A stretch of 64,000 bases of DNA from Bacillota bacterium (GTDB lineage Bacteria; Bacillota; Sulfobacillia; JAJZYS01; JAJYTV01). This document shows, in pieces, positions 58,521 through 64,000 of this stretch. The stretch is from assembly GCA_021793645.1 (NCBI GenBank), contig JAJYSJ010000011.1, positions 22,515 through 86,514 of the forward strand. Reading direction: 5' to 3'. A program made the position numbers and the translations under genes. Within the stretch, counting starts at the first letter, position 1. Each line of letters starts with the position of its first letter. Below the pieces are notes generated by a model. That model ran no database searches. It was not told the origin of the DNA and was given only the letters and a program-made list of their open reading frames with translations.

Positions 58521-58698
58521 GGCGCCTTCCTGAACGCGCTCGGCGGGGTCTCCAGGCAAAGCTCCATCCCCAGAGCGTCTACCTCTGGACGCTGCCGATG
58601 GTTCTCTGCAACGACAACTCGTGGGTCGCAGGTCTTCGTCCGGTCGTCCGGTTGAGCAAGAAGGATGTGCGGGCAGATGGCCTCCTTGGAAACGCCTC

Positions 58699-59613
58699 TC
58701 ACGCGATAAAGACTTGGCTCCGATGCCATTCCAGATGCTCTTGAGAGGGCTGTTCCGTCGCCGAAGACGGCACGACGATCCGGTGGCCGTGCCGCGCATA
58801 GTAGTCCCGGCCGTTGTGATAGTCGTCCTTCAGGCGCGGGCTTACGACGAACCGATAACCTTCGTCCACTGTGACGTAGCCGCGATCGAAGAGGATGTGC
58901 AGGTCCGCACGAAGCAGAAGCCCGTTGGCGACGTCGTGCGGTCCTCCATCCGCGAACGGCTTGATATGCGCCGCCTCGAGCACCGGCAACGTATGCTCTT
59001 TTGTCACGGCACATTGGCGCCCGTAGGCATCGGTGACCGCCACACGGAAGGCCCCCTGTCCCACGCGACGAAAGCCGATGCCCCAGTAGCCCCGCTCTCC
59101 GTACTCGGCCTGCTGCGCGCCAACCGGCACCGGCAAGGCCTCGAGCCTCTGTTCAACCTGCTCCCAGAGGTCTCTGCCAACCGCTTCGGATAATTCGTAG
59201 CCCTTGCCGCGGACGATGTTCGGGCTCCAGTCGGGCGGGGCAGGGATCCAGTCTGGTTCTGCGAAGAAAAAAGGCCTCTCCAGGATGATGCACCCGATCT
59301 CCGGGTCTAGGGAGGCCGTCCCGTGGCGGTAATGCTGGACCCGCGCCTGACACTCCGCACGGGACGCCGCACCGTTCTTGTCCCCGAAGGCTAGCCAAGC
59401 CATCGAGAGCGGCAACACGGAATACTTCGTGAAAAACCCGCCGCCGACGATGAAGTTCCGGGGCGCGTGCAGCTTGAAGAGAAACGGCTCACCGGGCGTG
59501 AGCGCCCGAAACCCGGTGCTCGACGAAGGCGTCCAGAAGTTGACCTCATCGGGCTGACGCTGGCTAAGGAACGTGTACCAATCGTGGTCCGTTATCCCCA
59601 CGAAGGTCTTCAT
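58699..59613 (-). CDS. HNH_2-family endonuclease-like protein.
   Basis: Start MKTFVGITDHDWYTFLS (ATG 59611..59613 after GAGGAG). C-terminal HNH_2 signature LEAAHIKPFADGGPHDVANGLLLRADLHILFDRGYVTV. Confidence 0.7.
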   Translation of the reverse strand: MKTFVGITDHDWYTFLSQRQPDEVNFWTPSSSTGFRALTPGEPFLFKLHAPRNFIVGGGFFTKYSVLPLSMAWLAFGDKNGAASRAECQARVQHYRHGTASLDPEIGCIILERPFFFAEPDWIPAPPDWSPNIVRGKGYELSEAVGRDLWEQVEQRLEALPVPVGAQQAEYGERGYWGIGFRRVGQGAFRVAVTDAYGRQCAVTKEHTLPVLEAAHIKPFADGGPHDVANGLLLRADLHILFDRGYVTVDEGYRFVVSPRLKDDYHNGRDYYARHGHRIVVPSSATEQPSQEHLEWHRSQVFIA

Positions 59614-59777
59614 CCGGCTCCTCACCCTTCCAGTCTTCCGCGACGCTGCAGACTTCCTGCGAACCGCGATGCGTGCGCCGACAGTTGGCATGTCCTATTC
59701 CATGGGCATACTGGAATCCCCTGTGCCAGGATGGACCCTTTTGGCCAGCCGCCGCACGGGCGGTCTCAACGGCGCCG

Positions 59778-61145
59778 TCAGGTGTGGACGTGCGGCGTCC
59801 CGATCTGAGAGAACCACTGCGCCACTGGGTTTACGCCCTGCTGGACGTCGCTCGCGGTGAGGGGCACGGGGATCCTCGGCATGAGCGCAGGGGTCACCTT
59901 GCCATTCAGGGCCTGGACGAACTCCATCGAGACCTGGTAGCCCATGATGCCGTCCGGCGTATCGAAGCCCTGCACGTTGCCCCACCCCCCGCTCGGCCAG
60001 CCGGTCGGCTGACCGACGAGGACTCCGTCGCTCGCCTCGCTGAGGGTTTCCGCGACGTCGACGCCAGAGCTGAAGGTGCTTGCGTTCGTGAGGACGTAGA
60101 CCGGGCCGGCAAAGGTGTCGGCGATCGGCGCCTGCGGACCGAAGTCGCCCGCATACTTCGGACGGATCGGCAGATGGGCGAGCAGCGCATCGGCAACGGC
60201 GGAGTTGCCACCGGGGTTATTCTGCAGGTCGATCACCACGTAATGGACGTGCGCAGCCCGCACCGCCTTGAAGAAGGCGTCGACCGCAGCCTTGTAGGCG
60301 GGCGTGTCGTTGCACTCCGTGAGCCAGAAGACGCCGTAGTCCGGCGTCAAGCGCCACGCGAAGAAGCTGCTTCCTTCCGGCTCCGGGAGGCCCGGCGGCG
60401 CCTCGAAGCGGTCGTCGAATGCCGCCTGCCCCAGGTAGTAGGCCTGGTACGTCTGCAGGTCGACGGGCACGAGCGCCATGGTCAGGCGATAGCGCGCGCC
60501 CGACGGACGCTCCAGCAGGAGCTGCACCTGCCCCTGGTGCACGAAGCCGAGCCAGCGCAGGATGGTGCCGAACGGGAGGTCCTCGCCGACGAGCGTCTTG
60601 ATCCACACAGCGCTGCCGCCGAAGAAGCGCTCGAATCTGCGCACGAGGTGTCCCTCTGGCACACCGCCGACCGCCAGGACGCGGTCACCCGTGTGCACTG
60701 CGGCGGGCGTTCCGCGCTCCCGGTAGACGATGAGGCCGCCCTTCGCCCAGTAGAAGCCCACCGGCAGGAGGTCCGCGTCGTAGTTCGGGCTGTAGTCGGC
60801 CCATAGCGTCGTGTGCGGGTCGTGCAGGTAATTGAGCACGAGGTCCTCGTCCTCGGCCAGCCGCCAGTACGGCAGAGGCTTCCGCACTCGTTTGGCGATG
60901 CTGCGGGCATAGGCCAGGTATTTCGATCGCAGCGCATTGTCGCCGATGAAGGCCGGATGGGTCGTGATGACCCGCCGGGCCGTCGCGATGAGATCCCTCT
61001 TCGACCACGGCACCGGCACCTGTTGGTCTGTATAAGAGACGTGCGGCACGCTCGCGCCCGCGACGACCACGAGCATCAACACGGCGAGCCAGGATCTGCT
61101 GCCCAAGCCGACCCCTCCCGTCGCCGTGCTCTGTCCGGCTGGCAT
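59778..61145 (-). CDS. S41-family peptidase (C-terminal processing protease-like), secreted.
   Basis: ATG at 61143..61145 followed by a signal-peptide-like WLAVLMLVVVAGAS. Core motif VVIDLQNNPGGNS. Confidence 0.75.
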   Translation of the reverse strand: MPAGQSTATGGVGLGSRSWLAVLMLVVVAGASVPHVSYTDQQVPVPWSKRDLIATARRVITTHPAFIGDNALRSKYLAYARSIAKRVRKPLPYWRLAEDEDLVLNYLHDPHTTLWADYSPNYDADLLPVGFYWAKGGLIVYRERGTPAAVHTGDRVLAVGGVPEGHLVRRFERFFGGSAVWIKTLVGEDLPFGTILRWLGFVHQGQVQLLLERPSGARYRLTMALVPVDLQTYQAYYLGQAAFDDRFEAPPGLPEPEGSSFFAWRLTPDYGVFWLTECNDTPAYKAAVDAFFKAVRAAHVHYVVIDLQNNPGGNSAVADALLAHLPIRPKYAGDFGPQAPIADTFAGPVYVLTNASTFSSGVDVAETLSEASDGVLVGQPTGWPSGGWGNVQGFDTPDGIMGYQVSMEFVQALNGKVTPALMPRIPVPLTASDVQQGVNPVAQWFSQIGTPHVHT

Positions 61146-61500
61146 TCTAGCCCAGCGGCAAGCCGTCGACAACGGCCGAGTGGTCGGACTTCCTGAAGTC
61201 TGGGGCGTAAGAACGCTCAAGCTCAGCTCGGACTGAGACCCAGATGCGAGACGCCCGCTCTGCCTCGACGCGACTGAGCGCCCTAGTACCGCGTCGCCGC
61301 GACCAACGGAGCGCCTCACGCTCCTGCGATAACGCCACAGGCAAAACCTCGTTCTCATTTCAGCGTTGCCGTAGCGTCTTGCTGCATCCAAACAATATTC
61401 CGTCAGAAGGATGCATCTCACGAAGTTGTCCCGCCGGCACGACGAAAGCGTGAAGGCAGGCCTGGGGCAGAAGCGAGGGCGCAAGGCAGCAGACCCTCTC

Positions 61501-62937
61501 TCAGGCGTCGATCCCTGCCATGCGCCGCGCGAGCGCCTTCTTGCCCTCGAAGTCGAAGTGTCGTGCGGCCGCCAGCTTCTCGGCCTCGAGCGAACCCTCG
61601 GCGTGCACCGCCAGCACGGCGTGATAGCCGGCGAGATCGGAGACCGCTAGATCCGTGACGAGGTAGAACGCCCGCAGCCTGTCGTCCGCGCTGCCTTGGG
61701 CGCCCCGCAGGTACTTGCGCAGCGCTGGCCCGACGTCCTCGCTCTGCAAATCGTCCCAACTCGGCGCCGTCACGAGCAGACCGCCCGCGACATCCTGCAC
61801 ATCCCGCAGTGCCTCGTGGAAGCCGTGGGCAAAATGGTATTTTGCCGTATTGACGGTCAGGGTATCCGGCACGAACACCCCAGGAGAGTCCGTACGGCCG
61901 GTGAGCGCCGAGGCCTCGAGGAGCTTTCGCACCGTTGCGGCGTACATCGCGAGCTGCGCGAGCTTGTCGCGGACGTGACCCGCCGTCTCGATGCCGTTCA
62001 GTTCCGCTAGGAGACTCGCCGACCCGACGAGGAGATCAAGAAGCGGCAGTTTGTACGCGACGGCCGTGAAGCGGTGAAAGTCTACGAACGAGAGCGCGAG
62101 GGGCCCAGCGAATTCCACCTCCCCCGCAAGGAAGACCTGCTCCCACGGCACAAAGACGTCGTCGAACCAGGTGAACGTCTCGACCATCTTGTGGCTGGCG
62201 CTTAGCGGGTGCTCGATCTCGCTGCGGCGTGATGAGAGGTAGGGGCTCGCGACGAGGCTTAGCCCCTCCACGTCGATCGGGACCCAGAAGCTCAGGGCAT
62301 AGTCCTCCTCGCCCGGCCGCATCGCCCGCGTCGGCACGACGATGAGGGCGTTCGCGTTCATTGAGACCGAGGTGTGGACTTTGGCGCCACGGACGACGAT
62401 GCCGTCTGGGCGCCGCTCGACTATGCGCAGGTACTGGTCGGGGTCTGGCTGGTCCTTCGGCCCGAGGCTGCGGTCACCCTTGGTGTCGGTCTGGGCCACC
62501 GCGAGCGCCCAGTCCTCGTGGCGAGCGCGCTCGAGCAGCGCCCGCACCCGCCCGAGGTACCCGGTACCCTTCGCTCCATCGCAAGCGCTCGCCACGCGCA
62601 GGAGGGCGAAGATGGCGTCCGTACCGATCTCATGGATCAGCGTGACGACGGTGCGCCCTTCGGTCGTCGCCGCCTCGATCGCCCGCATGCGCAAGAGGAG
62701 GTCCTCCGGGCCCTGCGGTACGCGGTAGAATCGGCTGATCGGCTCGCCGCCCTCCTCGGTTGTGAAGAGATCGCGATACCGCGGGTCCTCGGCGAGCTGG
62801 TAGTCGATGGCCGCGTGGTCGATCGCCTTGCGCAGTACCGGGTGCTCCGTGACGTCCGCGACCCAACTCCCGCGGAACATCACCCTACGTCCGTCGCGCA
62901 GGCTTCTCCTGTACTCGTCTGCTGTCCTGAGTCCCAT
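61501..62937 (-). CDS. 4-hydroxyphenylacetate 3-monooxygenase oxygenase component (HpaB) / 4-hydroxybutyryl-CoA dehydratase-family protein.
   Basis: 478 aa. Acyl-CoA-dehydrogenase-like HpaB/AbfD family length and N-terminus (GLRTADEYRRSLRDGRRVMFRG). Confidence 0.7.
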   Translation of the reverse strand: MGLRTADEYRRSLRDGRRVMFRGSWVADVTEHPVLRKAIDHAAIDYQLAEDPRYRDLFTTEEGGEPISRFYRVPQGPEDLLLRMRAIEAATTEGRTVVTLIHEIGTDAIFALLRVASACDGAKGTGYLGRVRALLERARHEDWALAVAQTDTKGDRSLGPKDQPDPDQYLRIVERRPDGIVVRGAKVHTSVSMNANALIVVPTRAMRPGEEDYALSFWVPIDVEGLSLVASPYLSSRRSEIEHPLSASHKMVETFTWFDDVFVPWEQVFLAGEVEFAGPLALSFVDFHRFTAVAYKLPLLDLLVGSASLLAELNGIETAGHVRDKLAQLAMYAATVRKLLEASALTGRTDSPGVFVPDTLTVNTAKYHFAHGFHEALRDVQDVAGGLLVTAPSWDDLQSEDVGPALRKYLRGAQGSADDRLRAFYLVTDLAVSDLAGYHAVLAVHAEGSLEAEKLAAARHFDFEGKKALARRMAGIDA

Positions 62938-62983
62938 GAGATTCCCCTCCTACCCCAAGATGCGCGCAATGATCGCGGTTCCC

Positions 62984-63409
62984 TCAGCGTGCGCCGAAGT
63001 GGTTTTGCGGTTCGCCGTCCGCACGGCGGATGGCAAACGTGCCCCGTGCCTGCCCGACGAGGCGGCCCGCGGCATCCCAGACATCCCCCGACACAAAATG
63101 CAAGCGTTGACCTCTACGCGTCGTCCAGCCTTGCGCGTGCAACGTGCCCGGTATGGACACGGCTTCAAGAAAGTCGATCTGCATGCTTACGGTCGCGACG
63201 CTGCGTACGCCCTCGACCGACCAGGACGCGTAGGCCATCGCGATGTCGAGCAGGGTGGCTATGACGCCACCGTGCAGATAGCAATCCGGATTGGCGTACG
63301 CCTGCTCCAACTCCAAGAGGAAGTGCGATTCGCCTGGCTGTGACTCGAGCGCCTGAATCCCCAGCAGATCCCGGAAGGGATTCGGCAGCGAGATGCTCCC
63401 TTCGGACAA
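62984..63409 (-). CDS. Hotdog-fold thioesterase (PaaI/4HBT family).
   Basis: 141 aa. HGGVIATLLDIAMAY motif. Confidence 0.8.
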   Translation of the reverse strand: MSEGSISLPNPFRDLLGIQALESQPGESHFLLELEQAYANPDCYLHGGVIATLLDIAMAYASWSVEGVRSVATVSMQIDFLEAVSIPGTLHAQGWTTRRGQRLHFVSGDVWDAAGRLVGQARGTFAIRRADGEPQNHFGAR

Positions 63410-63430
63410 CCATGATCCTCCTTCCAGCGG

Positions 63431-64000
63431 TCAGCCCTTGCCGGCCGTACTCCCCTGCGCAAGCCTCCGCAGCTCGTCCTTGCGTACTTTTCCGGTTCCG
63501 GTCTTCGGGAGTTCCTCGAGCAGGTAGATCTTCTTGGGCTGCTTGAAGCGAGCCAGCTTCCCCTGCAAAAAGGCGTGGATCTCCTCCACCTTCAGAGCCG
63601 CCCGAGGAACGACGAAGGCGACGGGGACCTCGTTCCAGCGCGGATCGGGAACACCGACCACCCCGACGTCCAGCACCCCAGGATGCGACAGGATCGCATT
63701 CTCGACCTCGACTGGTGCGATGTTCTCGCCGCCGCTGATGATCAGGTCCTTCTTGCGATCAACCACACGTATCGCGCCCGACCGAGCTACGACGCCGAGG
63801 TCGCCGGTGTGCAGCCATCCGCCAACCATGGCGGCCTCCGTATCCGCCGGACGCCGCCAGTACCCTGCCATGACCGAATTCCCGCGCGCGACGATCTCGC
63901 CAAGCGTCGCACCGTCCCGCGGCACCGGTTGCCCGCTGTTGTCGACCACGCGAAGCTCTGCCGAAGGCACCGGCAGACCCCAATCGACTCCTTGCGGCAC
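63431..64000 (-). CDS. AMP-dependent acyl-CoA synthetase/ligase, C-terminal part. The gene continues beyond the window end.
   Basis: GWLHTGDLG, GENIAPVEVE and PKTGTGKVRK C-terminal AMP-binding motifs. Confidence 0.85.
   Translation of the reverse strand: MPQGVDWGLPVPSAELRVVDNSGQPVPRDGATLGEIVARGNSVMAGYWRRPADTEAAMVGGWLHTGDLGVVARSGAIRVVDRKKDLIISGGENIAPVEVENAILSHPGVLDVGVVGVPDPRWNEVPVAFVVPRAALKVEEIHAFLQGKLARFKQPKKIYLLEELPKTGTGKVRKDELRRLAQGSTAGKG

Larger units (their letters stand above)
55250..58560. repeat. Degenerate tandem array of about 4 cassettes, each roughly 1.0-1.1 kb (Ig-like/helical-domain ORF fragment plus small membrane protein gene).
   Basis: Recurrent nucleotide blocks: the junction cctgggagg(g)atgaacctcgtggac, ...ccccccgaagcgatc[c/t]gaccggtgggc..., the gene end cccgtgcacta[a/g], and the post-gene spacer ...atccgcagaacgcc[c/t]tgt... 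Between copies the units are about 80-85% identical. Confidence 0.75.

Noticed and set aside
1-64000. CRISPR arrays, rRNA, tRNA, IS elements and integrases.
   Set aside because: No short regularly spaced direct repeats, no rRNA-like conserved stretches, no cloverleaf-like candidates noticed, and no transposase or integrase motifs in any ORF. tRNA absence is not exhaustive without tRNAscan.

Overview
This is a 64 kb, high-GC (roughly 65-70% by eye) bacterial chromosomal window with dense, mostly minus-strand coding. The backbone is metabolic, in window order:
(i) 1..441, the 3' end of a methylmalonate-semialdehyde dehydrogenase gene.
(ii) 517..9600, a decayed stretch: a tartrate-dehydrogenase-like IPMDH-family pseudogene, two SDR oxidoreductase genes, an M20 peptidase pseudogene, a C45 acyltransferase gene, a polysaccharide-deacetylase/PuuE-like gene, one intact MFS transporter and one broken one.
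(iii) 9624..11249, a PucR-family regulator gene.
(iv) 11250..17800, a conspicuously lower-GC island: amidase, a small GatC/AtzG-like ORF, and a Liv-type ABC transporter that includes a LivM-LivG fusion.
(v) 19167..23276, gabT, gabD and a YhdH-type quinone oxidoreductase gene.
(vi) 25010..36394, an 11-gene minus-strand operon that looks like a variant ectoine/hydroxyectoine-type (cyclic amino acid) catabolic and uptake system.
(vii) 37063..44656: a divergent RpiR regulator gene, then DmpA-like peptidase, APC permease, class-III aminotransferase, formamidase and APC permease genes. A ~190 bp fragment duplicate of the formamidase gene sits in the upstream intergenic region (about 36650..36835).
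(viii) 44824..54376, a complete branched-chain amino acid operon in an unusual order: ilvN-ilvC-leuA-leuC-leuD-leuB-ilvB-ilvD. It is preceded by a clear T-box riboswitch with a strong intrinsic terminator.
(ix) 55250..58560, the most unusual feature: a degenerate tandem array of about 4 cassettes of roughly 1.0-1.1 kb. Each cassette is a fragmentary ORF for Ig-like surface-protein repeats plus a helical C-terminal domain (FIMAH-like, tentative). It stops with TGA at a conserved GGGAGGGATGA junction, followed by a paralogous small multi-pass membrane protein gene with a conserved GTG start. Only the first copy is intact.
(x) 58699..64000: HNH_2 nuclease, S41 peptidase, HpaB-family oxygenase, hotdog thioesterase and partial acyl-CoA synthetase genes.
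Several accessory genes carry nonsense or frameshift lesions, while the essential ilv/leu genes are intact. No CRISPR, rRNA or tRNA was recognised. All functional calls rest on recognised protein-family motifs in the translations and on direct reading of the nucleotide sequence. No database search was run.
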